The position numbers were made by a program, and so were the translations under genes. The notes under the pieces are model-generated. The model did no database searches, was not told the DNA's origin, and saw only the letters and a program-made list of their open reading frames with translations. A stretch of DNA of 64,000 nt from NCBI GenBank assembly GCA_029261065.1, contig JAJDCB010000030.1:324876-388875 (forward strand), given 5' to 3'. This DNA comes from Candidatus Omnitrophota bacterium (GTDB lineage Bacteria > Omnitrophota > Gorgyraeia > Zapsychrales > Zapsychraceae). Shown one piece after another: positions 26,527 through 36,228 of the stretch; the stretch's first letter is position 1, and the number at the start of each line of letters is the position of its first letter.

Positions 26527-29091
26527 ATGTTAATTAAAAATGAACAGCAATCATCGTTAAAGCAATCAAAGGAAACTTTAAAAAATATTCTTTCCGGAAT
26601 TGTAAAAAAAAGAAATATTGTAGCGGGTGTTTGTTTCTTATTGATTGTTCTCATTTATGTCACTGTGACGTTTGTGTTGCTTTATGATAAAGGCGATTTC
26701 TATACGGAATTACGAAATTCTCTTAAGGGTGTAAAGAATTTACCAGCGTATGTGGTGCTTCTACCTAAACAAATTTACAGACGTCTGACAACGGAACCGA
26801 AACAATTGGCTATTGAAATCAGTCCTAGGAATTTTCAAAAGTTGATGCAATGGAGGCAAGATAGTATTGATAATGGTCTCGTTATTAAAGAGCACAAACA
26901 GTATCTAAAAGGAACGATTCGTGAAAATGGAGGAGATCCTAAAGATATACGTCTGCGGTTAAAAGGTGATGCTGCTTATTATCATATGGATACTTCAAAA
27001 TGGTCGTTAAGAGTTGTTATGGAAGGCGAGGATAACATTTTTGGGATGCAACGCTTTTCTTTGCAGCATCCTCAACGAAGATCCTATTTGCGTTCTTTTA
27101 TTTTTCATAAAATGCTGGAGCTTGAGGGTGTGATGAGTATTAATTATGATTTAGTTCGCGTTACGATTAATGGGGCTGATAAGGGTATTTATAATATAGA
27201 AGAGGTTCCAAGTGCTGCGATGATAAAGAGACATAATAGAGAAGAAGGTGTCTTTGTGCGATTTGATGAAGGTCCTCACATGACAGAGAAAGTTGATCAA
27301 TCGGCTTATAAAGATGCTTATCTTGGCTCTGCGATTATTACGATCGGACAGCGTGAAGTTTTCAATCAACCGCGTTTGAAAGAACATTTTTTGAGGGCCA
27401 CGGAGTTACTTAATGGTTTTCGCCATGGAGATTTAGTTGCCCATGAAGTCTTTGATATTCAATCCATGGCGCGATGGATGGCCATTGGCGATATTTTAGG
27501 ATGTTGGCATGGTTTTGGGTTAGGTAACAAACGATTTTATTATAATCCGGATTTAGATCGTTTACAGCCTATTGGATGGGATGGTGTTGATGAAAATAAT
27601 TTTGGAATCGTGGGAAAGGATCCGCATGGTGATCGCCTTTTTCGTTTAGATGATCCTTATATGGATCCAGAAACGGTGTTTTGGAAAGAAATTTTTGATG
27701 ATCAGATTTTATTAACAGAGTATATTCGCACTTTAGATCGCATGACACAACCCGAGTATTTAGACAATCAATTAACTAAGATAGAAGATGACTTGCAGGA
27801 ATATCTTCCGACATTACAACGGGATTATCCTCAATTTACTTTAGAGCGTGATGTTCGGATGATTAAGGATGTTCAAGACTACATACGACGGGTTTATTTA
27901 TATCCTGTTAAAAATATTCATGCTTATTTTGAAGATTATTATGAGAAGGTCTTAACTCTTGGTTTTACAAATCGTAAGCCGATTCCAGTCGAAATTTTAA
28001 GCGTTCGTCAGAGGTCAGATAACGTCGAATTAATTCCAGAAGGGGAACGCATAATGTTAACTGGAAAGGCTCCTTTAAAACCTCCTGTTTATCAGAGAGT
28101 TAAGTTTCAAGGGGTGAGTCACATAGATTTGGATTCTGCATCGATGAATGATTTGGAGGTGAAGTACAGAGTTTTAGGTTTGGAGCAGGTACGAACGGAA
28201 ACCATTTATGATTGGAAGCGATATGATTCAGCTGAGTTTAAAGAAAGGCGTCATCATTTGAAAACAAATTTGGCTGGATTGGAGTTCTTAGAAATAGATG
28301 AAAAGAGCAAAGAAATATTTATTAAAAAGGGGACGTGGACGTTAACGAAAACCTTGCGCGTGCCCAAAGGTTTCACACTTCGAGCTGAAGCTGGAACAAA
28401 AATATTATTAGATGAAGCGGCTATCGTCTCATTGTCTCCAGTCGTTTTTCGTGGAACAGAAGAGGATCCTATTATTATTGAAGGCAAAAGCATTGGTAAC
28501 ACAGGTTTAGTGATTAAGGATACCGATTTAACATCTACCTTTGAGTATGTTCAATTTAGAAATTTATCCAAACCTAATTTCTGGGAGTGGGAGGTGAATA
28601 GTTCTGTAACCTTTGAAAATGCTTCTTTGAATATCAAGGATTGCATTTTCGACAAGAGTCGAACAGATAATTTTGTCAGTGTGATTAATGCTTTTTTTCA
28701 AATCGATCAAGTTGTCTTTCGGGATAGTTTAAAATCAGCTCTTTCCATTAATTTTAGCAAAGGTTATTTATCAGATCTTATCGTCAAAACAACAGGCAAG
28801 CATGCCCTTATATTAACGGGATCTCAAGTTGAAGTGCACAATATGAATATAGATGATGTAAAGGTTTCTGGTATTAAGCTTCAAGATAGTAGCAAACTTG
28901 ATTTCGCTTCAGGAAGCATTCGAAGATGTTCACATGCCGTTAATGTAGAGGGTTTATCTTCAGCTCTTTTAGATTCTGTTTTGATTAAGGAATGTGACAA
29001 TCAGCCTTTTTTTGTGAGTGATGATTCGACTTTAAGTTTTAATGGTCAAAATATTTTAAACACGGAACCTGTGGTTCAAGCTGCAAAGTAG
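26527..29091 (+). CDS. CotH-like kinase with membrane anchor and C-terminal beta-helix
   Basis: RLKGD..H....KWSLRV, V.ING..KGIY..EE, H.....NKRFYYNP....L.PIGWD motifs; pectin-lyase-like repeats at the C-terminus. Confidence 0.78.
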   Translation: MLIKNEQQSSLKQSKETLKNILSGIVKKRNIVAGVCFLLIVLIYVTVTFVLLYDKGDFYTELRNSLKGVKNLPAYVVLLPKQIYRRLTTEPKQLAIEISPRNFQKLMQWRQDSIDNGLVIKEHKQYLKGTIRENGGDPKDIRLRLKGDAAYYHMDTSKWSLRVVMEGEDNIFGMQRFSLQHPQRRSYLRSFIFHKMLELEGVMSINYDLVRVTINGADKGIYNIEEVPSAAMIKRHNREEGVFVRFDEGPHMTEKVDQSAYKDAYLGSAIITIGQREVFNQPRLKEHFLRATELLNGFRHGDLVAHEVFDIQSMARWMAIGDILGCWHGFGLGNKRFYYNPDLDRLQPIGWDGVDENNFGIVGKDPHGDRLFRLDDPYMDPETVFWKEIFDDQILLTEYIRTLDRMTQPEYLDNQLTKIEDDLQEYLPTLQRDYPQFTLERDVRMIKDVQDYIRRVYLYPVKNIHAYFEDYYEKVLTLGFTNRKPIPVEILSVRQRSDNVELIPEGERIMLTGKAPLKPPVYQRVKFQGVSHIDLDSASMNDLEVKYRVLGLEQVRTETIYDWKRYDSAEFKERRHHLKTNLAGLEFLEIDEKSKEIFIKKGTWTLTKTLRVPKGFTLRAEAGTKILLDEAAIVSLSPVVFRGTEEDPIIIEGKSIGNTGLVIKDTDLTSTFEYVQFRNLSKPNFWEWEVNSSVTFENASLNIKDCIFDKSRTDNFVSVINAFFQIDQVVFRDSLKSALSINFSKGYLSDLIVKTTGKHALILTGSQVEVHNMNIDDVKVSGIKLQDSSKLDFASGSIRRCSHAVNVEGLSSALLDSVLIKECDNQPFFVSDDSTLSFNGQNILNTEPVVQAAK

Positions 29092-29099
29092 TTAATCAT

Positions 29100-29795
29100 A
29101 TGAGATTTTTATTAAACAAATATAAAGACAAAGATTTTCGATCCGAATTAAAGTACGTATTTCAAAATGTTGATGAAAAATTTCTTGAACGTAACATTAA
29201 AAAGCATCCAGCTTTGTTTTCAGAGATTTTTCATAAACGTTGGATTAATAACATTTATTTTGATTCGGCGGATCTCAATGCCTATTACAGCAGCATAGAT
29301 GGTTTGTCACCTAGAATTAAGGTAAGGGTGCGTTGGTATAATGATTTTTTCGGATTCATTCACCCTACGTTGGAATTTAAGATGAAGCAAGCTAACAAAA
29401 ATGTTAAAGCATTATATGAATTAGATCCTATGTCTATTCCATCGAGAATATCAATTTTTCAATTAAAGAAAATAATATTAACGAATCCCGCTTTACCAAG
29501 AGAAATTAAAAATGCGCTTCAGTCTTTAAGACCAACAATGATCAATCGTTATGAACGTCAATATTACATGTCGCAAGATAAAGCTTTTCGTGTCACTGTC
29601 GATAGATCCGTTAACGTGGCTTCTTTATTAAATACGCATACGTTATCGACCATGAAAAAACTCCCCGCAGGTTTTACAATTTTAGAGATGAAATATAAAG
29701 ATGATTATCAACAAGCAGGTCAAATCATACACGAGTTTGCCGCTCACTTGCAATACACGCGTATGTCTAAATATACAGTTGGGCTGGAATATTAA
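29100..29795 (+). CDS. VTC/CYTH-domain protein (polyphosphate polymerase domain family)
   Basis: RSELKY, NIYFD, R.KVRVRWY, LEFKMK, Y.R.Y, RVTVD, ILEMKY and SKY motifs. Confidence 0.82.
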   Translation: MRFLLNKYKDKDFRSELKYVFQNVDEKFLERNIKKHPALFSEIFHKRWINNIYFDSADLNAYYSSIDGLSPRIKVRVRWYNDFFGFIHPTLEFKMKQANKNVKALYELDPMSIPSRISIFQLKKIILTNPALPREIKNALQSLRPTMINRYERQYYMSQDKAFRVTVDRSVNVASLLNTHTLSTMKKLPAGFTILEMKYKDDYQQAGQIIHEFAAHLQYTRMSKYTVGLEY

Positions 29796-29873
29796 AAGGT
29801 CGTCCCCGTTTTGTCGGGGCCGAACCTCGTCATTTTTTAATAGTAAAATGACGAAATGCCGGGAGTAAGGTTA

Positions 29874-31112
29874 ATGGAATCTTGTCGTCTTTGTCGTAAT
29901 GCAAACATGTCGCCGATCTTAGAATTAGGATCTCATCCTATTGCGCATCGTTTTTTAAACGATCCTTCGGTTAAGGAGTATGTGCATCCTATTGCTCTTG
30001 AATTATGTGAAGAATGTGGGCTTATCCAATTAAAAGAACCTGTGGATCCCAAGCTTTTATATTCTGAATATTTTTGCTTGAGCTCCTGGAAATGGCAACC
30101 TCATATGTCAAGGTTGGCTGAGCTTGTTAACGAACTTCCTGGATTAGATAAGTCGGCCAAAGTTTTAGAAATTGGATGTAACGATGGAGGCTTTTTACAG
30201 GTGTTAAAAGAGCTTGGTTTTGAAAATGTGATGGGTGTGGAGCCCGCACAAGATGCTGTTGATTTAGCAAAGCAAAGAAATTTGAATGTCATCGGAACAT
30301 ATTTTAATAAAGAGGTGGCCAAAGATATTCTATCAAGTTTTGGTCAGGTTGATTTTTTAGTGTCTCGGCAAATGTTAGAACATATTACGGATTTAGATGA
30401 AATGAAAGAAGCGATGCGGATGGTTTTGAAACCTGGTGGTTTGCTTTTTATTGAAGTTCCTAATTTCGAATTTAATTTGTCAGTTGCTGACTACAGTGGC
30501 ATTTGGGAGGAGCACTCAAATTATTTTACAAAGGATAGCCTTTCAAAATTTATGGCAGATATAGGTGTTGAGATGACGCATTGGGAAACAGCTAATTTTA
30601 GTGGAGATGCTTTAATCGCTTTTGGTCGATCGGTTGAGGGTGCGGTTGAGGGTGCGGTTGAAGTTCACGCAGAGCAATATTTACCAACTCTTCGCAAAAA
30701 AGTTTTAGCGTATAAAGAACACTGGCCCATATTTAAGAGTAGTTTTTCTAATTATTTAAAAGAGCATAACGATCAAGGTGGCAAAGTTTCCGTTTTTGGA
30801 GCAGGCTGTCGGGCTTGTTCTTTGATTAATTATACGCAATTAACGCCCTACATTGATTGTTTTATTGATGATCAGCCAGAGAAGCAAGGGAAGTTTATGC
30901 CTGGTTCAAAATTACCTGTGTATCCTAGTGATGCGCTAAAAGAACGTGGCATTGATTTATGTTTATTAGCGGTGAATGCCGAAAATGATGAGAAGGTTAT
31001 GGCGAAACATGAAGCCTTTCAGCAAAGGGGAGGCAAGTTTATTCCTATTTTACCTCCGAGTCAAAATCTTTTACCCTTTTGGAGTCTTGCGGATGCTTAC
31101 GAAAAAGTTTAA
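29874..31112 (+). CDS. NDP-sugar C-methyltransferase-like protein
   Basis: CRLC..C..C zinc site, EIGCNDG, LEH, EEH and KQGKFMPGS motifs. Confidence 0.82.
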   Translation: MESCRLCRNANMSPILELGSHPIAHRFLNDPSVKEYVHPIALELCEECGLIQLKEPVDPKLLYSEYFCLSSWKWQPHMSRLAELVNELPGLDKSAKVLEIGCNDGGFLQVLKELGFENVMGVEPAQDAVDLAKQRNLNVIGTYFNKEVAKDILSSFGQVDFLVSRQMLEHITDLDEMKEAMRMVLKPGGLLFIEVPNFEFNLSVADYSGIWEEHSNYFTKDSLSKFMADIGVEMTHWETANFSGDALIAFGRSVEGAVEGAVEVHAEQYLPTLRKKVLAYKEHWPIFKSSFSNYLKEHNDQGGKVSVFGAGCRACSLINYTQLTPYIDCFIDDQPEKQGKFMPGSKLPVYPSDALKERGIDLCLLAVNAENDEKVMAKHEAFQQRGGKFIPILPPSQNLLPFWSLADAYEKV

Positions 31113-31620
31113 TGATGAAGTCCTTTATCCGGATGAGCGTATCGTTAAAGTTTCTCATTCTCAGATAGAAGATTTAAAAGCTCAAGCGCTTAAGAATGAA
31201 CGTAAAAGAATAAGACTTTGTACTCATATGGATGTTTCAGATAGTGTTCATGAGATGTTAATCGTTCATAATCGCGATACGTATGTCAGACCACATAAAC
31301 ATATCGATAGAATGGAGTCTTTTCATATTATAGAAGGTTTGTGTGATGTCATTTTATTTGATGAGGAAGGAAATATTCGTGAGGTCGTTGAGATGGGCGA
31401 TGTTTCTTCCGGTAAGACATTTTATTACAGGATTTGTGATGCTATATATCATACTTTGATTATTGAGTCAGAAACATTAGTCTTCCATGAGACGACAAGT
31501 GGTCCCTTTAATAGAGAAGGTTCTGTTTTTGCTCCTTGGTCGCCTGAGGAGCACGAAGAAGAAAAAGTTAAATCATTTATTAATAGGATTAAAGCCAACA
31601 GGAATAGCTATGAGTCATGA
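31093..31620 (+). CDS. WbuC-family cupin metalloprotein
   Basis: R.R.C.H...VHEM...YVRPHKH..R.ESF...G...YH motif. Confidence 0.85.
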   Translation: MLTKKFNDEVLYPDERIVKVSHSQIEDLKAQALKNERKRIRLCTHMDVSDSVHEMLIVHNRDTYVRPHKHIDRMESFHIIEGLCDVILFDEEGNIREVVEMGDVSSGKTFYYRICDAIYHTLIIESETLVFHETTSGPFNREGSVFAPWSPEEHEEEKVKSFINRIKANRNSYES

Positions 31621-32878
31621 CATGAAATCAGGTGAAGGAATAGATGTTTTAGATGATGTTATTCGACGAGAAGATTGTCGATTATGTCAGAGTAAGAATT
31701 TAAAATTGGTTTTAAAGCTTGAACCCACACCACTAGCTGATTCGTATATCCCAGAAGCTACGAAGCAAAGTATTTATCCTCTAGATTTATATCTGTGCGA
31801 GGATTGTGGTTTCACTCAACTTCTAGATGTTGTCCAGCCACAGGTTATTTATTTTGATTATTTATTTGAAACAAAGACTTCTTTAGGTCTTGTGGAGCAC
31901 TTTGGAAGGTATGCCGATGAGGTTCTTCAAAAGATTAAGCCGGCTCAAGATTCATTAGTTGTTGATATTGGCAGTAACGATGGATCTCTTCTTCAATTTT
32001 TTAAAAAACAAGATATGAAAGTATTAGGGGTTGATCCGGCTCGAGAAATAGCGCGAAAGGCTACTGAAGAGGGGGTTGAGACGTTGGCTGAATTGTTTAG
32101 TGAAGAGTTGGGGCGTTCTTTAAGAGAAGAGCGTGGGGCTGCATCCATTATTACTGTGAATAATTTGTTTGCAAATGTGGATAATCTCATAGATATGACA
32201 GCGGGGATAAGGGGATGGCTTGCTGAAGATGGGGTTTTTGTCTTTGAAAGTTTTTATTTAGTTGATCAAATTGAAAACATGGTTTTTGATTTTTCGTATC
32301 ACGAACATATTTCTTACTTTTCTGTTAAACCATTAGCCGCATTTTTTAAGAGTCAAGGCATGGAGCTTTTTGATGTTAAGCGCGTTCCTACAAAGGGTGG
32401 GTCGTTACGTTATTTTATTCAAATAGCCGGTGGCCCTCGTAAAGTGACCTCTGAGGTTCAAGATCTCATTGATCTTGAAACGAGTTTGAATATCCATCAA
32501 CCAGAAGCTTTTAAAAAATTTGAAGAGAAAATTAATCAAGCTAAAGAAAATCTTTTAAGTTTGTTAGACGATATCCATGCAAAGGGTCAAACTGTCGCAG
32601 CTTATGGTGCATCGGCTACTTCTACAACAATGATTTATCATTTCGATCTGACCAAAAGATTGTCTTTTATCATTGATGATAATCCACAACGGCAAGGTTT
32701 GTTTAGTCCTGGCTGTCACATCCCTGTGAAATCACCTGAGGATATTTATAAAGAGAAGCCGGATTACATCTTAGTTTTGGCTTGGCGATATTATAAAGCG
32801 ATTATGACAAATCATAAAAATTATACCGATGAGGGTGGGCGTTTTATTATTCCTTTACCGGAATTGGAAATTTTATAA
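31610..32878 (+). CDS. NDP-sugar C-methyltransferase-like protein
   Basis: CRLC, C..CG, DIGSNDG, YHEHISYFS, GGSLR and GRFIIPLP motifs. Confidence 0.88.
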   Translation: MSHDMKSGEGIDVLDDVIRREDCRLCQSKNLKLVLKLEPTPLADSYIPEATKQSIYPLDLYLCEDCGFTQLLDVVQPQVIYFDYLFETKTSLGLVEHFGRYADEVLQKIKPAQDSLVVDIGSNDGSLLQFFKKQDMKVLGVDPAREIARKATEEGVETLAELFSEELGRSLREERGAASIITVNNLFANVDNLIDMTAGIRGWLAEDGVFVFESFYLVDQIENMVFDFSYHEHISYFSVKPLAAFFKSQGMELFDVKRVPTKGGSLRYFIQIAGGPRKVTSEVQDLIDLETSLNIHQPEAFKKFEEKINQAKENLLSLLDDIHAKGQTVAAYGASATSTTMIYHFDLTKRLSFIIDDNPQRQGLFSPGCHIPVKSPEDIYKEKPDYILVLAWRYYKAIMTNHKNYTDEGGRFIIPLPELEIL

Positions 32879-32879
32879 G

Positions 32880-33986
32880 ATGACAAATGCTGTAAAAAAA
32901 GATAATAAGACAGCTGTTCCTTGGTGGCGAATCTCTTTTGGGGAGCCAGAGGTTCAAAAATTAAGAGATTCTGTTTTATCAGAACATATCAGTGCGGGGC
33001 CTGTTACTGAAGAATTTGAAAAGCAGTTGGCTGATCAATTAGATGTGGCGTATGCCGTAGCTACGACGAGTGGTAGTGTCGCCTTACTTATGGCGTTAAT
33101 GGCTTTAGATATTCAAGAGAATGATGAGATTATTATGCCTAACCGGACATGGATTGCGACGGCACACGCGGCATTAATGTTAAAGGCCAAACCTGTCCTT
33201 ATCGATGTTGTCAAAGATGTTCCTTTGATGGACGTGTCAGCCATTGAAGAAAAAATAACCTCAAAGACAAAAGCTATTCTTCTTGTTCATCTCAATGGAC
33301 GTTCTGTGGATATGAAGGCGATTGAAATTATAAAAAAGAAATACAATATTCCCGTGATCGAAGATGCTTGTCAGGCTATTTTTTCAAAAAATCCTCAAGG
33401 ATTTTTAGGAACACAATCGGAAATAGGCTGTTTCTCTTTGGGAACGACAAAATTGATTTCTTCCGGTCAAGGCGGTGTCGTTGTGACACAGAATAAAGGT
33501 ATCTATGAAAAATTAAAAGCTATTCGTAATCATGGCGTTAAAGATAATTTTACGGATCACTGGTCCTCACTTGGTTTTAATTTTAAATATACAGACTTAC
33601 AAGCTTCGTTTGCCCTTGTTCAACTGACACGTGTTGATGGTCGTATCAAGAGGCTCAAGGATATCTATCGAGAATATAAAGAAGGTTTGAAAGGTCATCC
33701 TTTGTTGAGATTGGTTCCTACAAAATTAGAAGAAGGTGAGTTGCCTTTGTATGCTGAGATTTTGTGTTTAGACCGCAGAAGACTTACGACATATTTAGAA
33801 TTAAATGGTGTTCAAGTACGACCATTGCCCCCGAGTTTGGATATATCGGACTATATTCAAAAAAAGGATGAATTTCCAAATTCGAAATTGTTCGCGAATA
33901 ATGGTATGTATCTGCCTTGTGGGCCAGATCAGCCTTTAGAGAATGTTAAGCGTGTTATTGATTTGTTAAAAGATTTTAGGAGTTAA
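32880..33986 (+). CDS. DegT/DnrJ/EryC1/StrS aminotransferase
   Basis: TTSGSVAL, IEDACQA and FSLGTTKLISSGQGG motifs. Confidence 0.88.
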   Translation: MTNAVKKDNKTAVPWWRISFGEPEVQKLRDSVLSEHISAGPVTEEFEKQLADQLDVAYAVATTSGSVALLMALMALDIQENDEIIMPNRTWIATAHAALMLKAKPVLIDVVKDVPLMDVSAIEEKITSKTKAILLVHLNGRSVDMKAIEIIKKKYNIPVIEDACQAIFSKNPQGFLGTQSEIGCFSLGTTKLISSGQGGVVVTQNKGIYEKLKAIRNHGVKDNFTDHWSSLGFNFKYTDLQASFALVQLTRVDGRIKRLKDIYREYKEGLKGHPLLRLVPTKLEEGELPLYAEILCLDRRRLTTYLELNGVQVRPLPPSLDISDYIQKKDEFPNSKLFANNGMYLPCGPDQPLENVKRVIDLLKDFRS

Positions 33987-33989
33987 AAG

Positions 33990-34982
33990 ATGACGGGAAT
34001 AGTTTTAGGAACATCTGAGTTTACAGTCCAAATGACGAAGGCCTTATTAGAGAAGGGGGTCGAGGTCTTAGCGCTGATTTCGATGCCTGCCGAAAAACAG
34101 CCTGTTGGATCATTAAACTTAGCTGATTTTGCGTGTGATAACCAAATGACATATTTAGAAGTAGAAGATATTAATGGAGAAGAAAGCCTAAATTTTATGA
34201 AGGGCTTAGAGCCTGACGTGATTTTTTCATCTTGGCCAAAAATTTTAGGTAAGGATGTTCTTGATATTGCTAAGCGTTGTTGTGTCGGTTCGCATCCAAC
34301 AGAGCTTCCTCTTAACAGAGGACGTCATCCTTTGCACTGGATGATAGCGTTGGGAATGGAGAAGTCAAAATTTACCTTCTTTGAAATGGATCAAGGCGTT
34401 GATACAGGTGATATTTTATTGCAAGTTCCTTTTACCATTGATCAAGATGAAACCATTGATCAACTTATTTTGAAAGTTAATCGTTTAGCTTATGAGGTAA
34501 CAAAGGAGTTGGTGGATATTTTGATGAAAGGGGATTTGATAACAAAGATTAAACAAGATCACGCTCAGGCTAATTATTGGCGTAAACGTAACTCCAGAGA
34601 TGTTGTCCTTGATGTGCGGATGTCGAGAAAAATGATTATCAACACGGTACGTTCTTTTACGTCGCCTTTTTCTTATGCCAAACTTATTGTAGAAGATTCT
34701 CTTATTTGCATAATAGATGCTCGAGCTATGGAACAACCCGTTGATTGTCTTCATTTGGAGCACGGTAAGATTATTAATGTTGAGACGTTTAAGATACAGA
34801 TAAAAGTTGAAGATGGAATTGTTGAATTGACAAGTTTAGAGCCTTTGCCTGATTTACTGCGAGAACAGCATTATGTTTATTCGCCTATAGAGTATTTATT
34901 GCGTTATCCAAAGAAGCTTTCAAAAGAATTGTTATCTGAGAATCAGTCTGCGGAAAATACCATTGTTTATAAAGAGAAGTGA
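33990..34982 (+). CDS. Sugar N-formyltransferase-like protein (Fmt family)
   Basis: HPTELP..RG.HP..W and GVDTGDI motifs. Confidence 0.8.
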   Translation: MTGIVLGTSEFTVQMTKALLEKGVEVLALISMPAEKQPVGSLNLADFACDNQMTYLEVEDINGEESLNFMKGLEPDVIFSSWPKILGKDVLDIAKRCCVGSHPTELPLNRGRHPLHWMIALGMEKSKFTFFEMDQGVDTGDILLQVPFTIDQDETIDQLILKVNRLAYEVTKELVDILMKGDLITKIKQDHAQANYWRKRNSRDVVLDVRMSRKMIINTVRSFTSPFSYAKLIVEDSLICIIDARAMEQPVDCLHLEHGKIINVETFKIQIKVEDGIVELTSLEPLPDLLREQHYVYSPIEYLLRYPKKLSKELLSENQSAENTIVYKEK

Positions 34983-34995
34983 AGGTTTAAAAATT

Positions 34996-36228
34996 ATGCC
35001 AAAAGATGAAGAACAATATAAACCTATAAGTTGGAAAACACCCAAGCGAATTCTGCTTTTGATTCTAGGTTTGCCTATCTATGCGGTTGCTAAGTTGATA
35101 ATTTTATTAGTTCCTTTTCGCGTCGGTCATTTTTGGAATTGTGAACGGATAGGGCATTTGTCGGTGAATACGGAATTATATTTAAGAGAGAAGTTAAAAG
35201 ATATTAAGACATCAAAGGAACGCCATGTTTTTATTTGTGGACGTCCGGCGAATGAAGCTTTATTGAAAATCATTTCACGTAAGGTGACTGTGATTAGAAG
35301 TGCAGCGCTGTTAAAAATATATCATGTTGTTCGTAGTTTTATAGGTGAGTCAGGTTTTTGGGTGGATCAGCCAAGTGTTTATTATATCAGTGGTAAACTC
35401 GATGATGATCAACCTCAATTGGAATTTTCTAAAGAAGAAGAGCTGCAGGGCGAAGAACTCACGAAATCCATGGGAATACCAAAGGGGAACACCTTTGTTT
35501 GTTTTCATGTGCGTGATCAAGCGTATTTAAATCATGCTTTTCCTAAGAATCAAAAACAATGGTCTTATCATAGTTACCGTGATTGTACGTTAGAGAATTA
35601 TCTTCCAGCCATGGAATATCTTGCAGGATTGGGCATTTATGTATTGCGTATGGGGCATATTGTCGAAAAAACATTAGCAACGGATAATCCGTTGATCATT
35701 GATTATGCCAATAATCATCGCACGGACTTTGGTGATGTTTATTTAAGTGCTCGGTGTAAATTTTTTGTAGCCTCAGAAGGTGGTTTAAGTAGTGTGCCAT
35801 GGAGTTTTAATGTTCCTGTTGTTTATACCAATTCTATTCCTTGTGTGGGAACAATTGGTTGGAGAAAAGATGATCTGACTATCTCTAAGAAACTTTTGAG
35901 TGAAAAAGAATCGCGTTATTTGACGTATTCTGAGATTTTAGAATTAGGAGCGGATGAGTGGTTTCATGCTGAGCAATATGAAAAGGCTGGAGTCAAAACG
36001 ATAGAAAATACATCACAAGAAATATTGGATGTTGTTAAAGAGATGAACGGACGTTTAGAAGATTCTTGGCAGGGACAGCCGCAGGATGAGCAAGATCTTA
36101 CTCGTTACCGTGCCCTTATCCCTAAGGGACATCGTATTTATGGTTTTACATCTCGTATGGGCACACAATACATGCGTGATTATCAAGCGTTGTTGGAACA
36201 AAAACAAGGTCATTATGCAGATATCTGA
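34996..36228 (+). CDS. TIGR04372-like putative glycosyltransferase
   Basis: RIGHL, CFHVRD..Y, YRD, VLRMG, IIDY and C.FF motifs. Confidence 0.78.
   Translation: MPKDEEQYKPISWKTPKRILLLILGLPIYAVAKLIILLVPFRVGHFWNCERIGHLSVNTELYLREKLKDIKTSKERHVFICGRPANEALLKIISRKVTVIRSAALLKIYHVVRSFIGESGFWVDQPSVYYISGKLDDDQPQLEFSKEEELQGEELTKSMGIPKGNTFVCFHVRDQAYLNHAFPKNQKQWSYHSYRDCTLENYLPAMEYLAGLGIYVLRMGHIVEKTLATDNPLIIDYANNHRTDFGDVYLSARCKFFVASEGGLSSVPWSFNVPVVYTNSIPCVGTIGWRKDDLTISKKLLSEKESRYLTYSEILELGADEWFHAEQYEKAGVKTIENTSQEILDVVKEMNGRLEDSWQGQPQDEQDLTRYRALIPKGHRIYGFTSRMGTQYMRDYQALLEQKQGHYADI

Noticed and set aside
30631-30661. 12-bp in-frame tandem repeat (VEGAVEGAVE)
   Set aside because: A short in-frame slippage duplication in a probable linker with no evident function.
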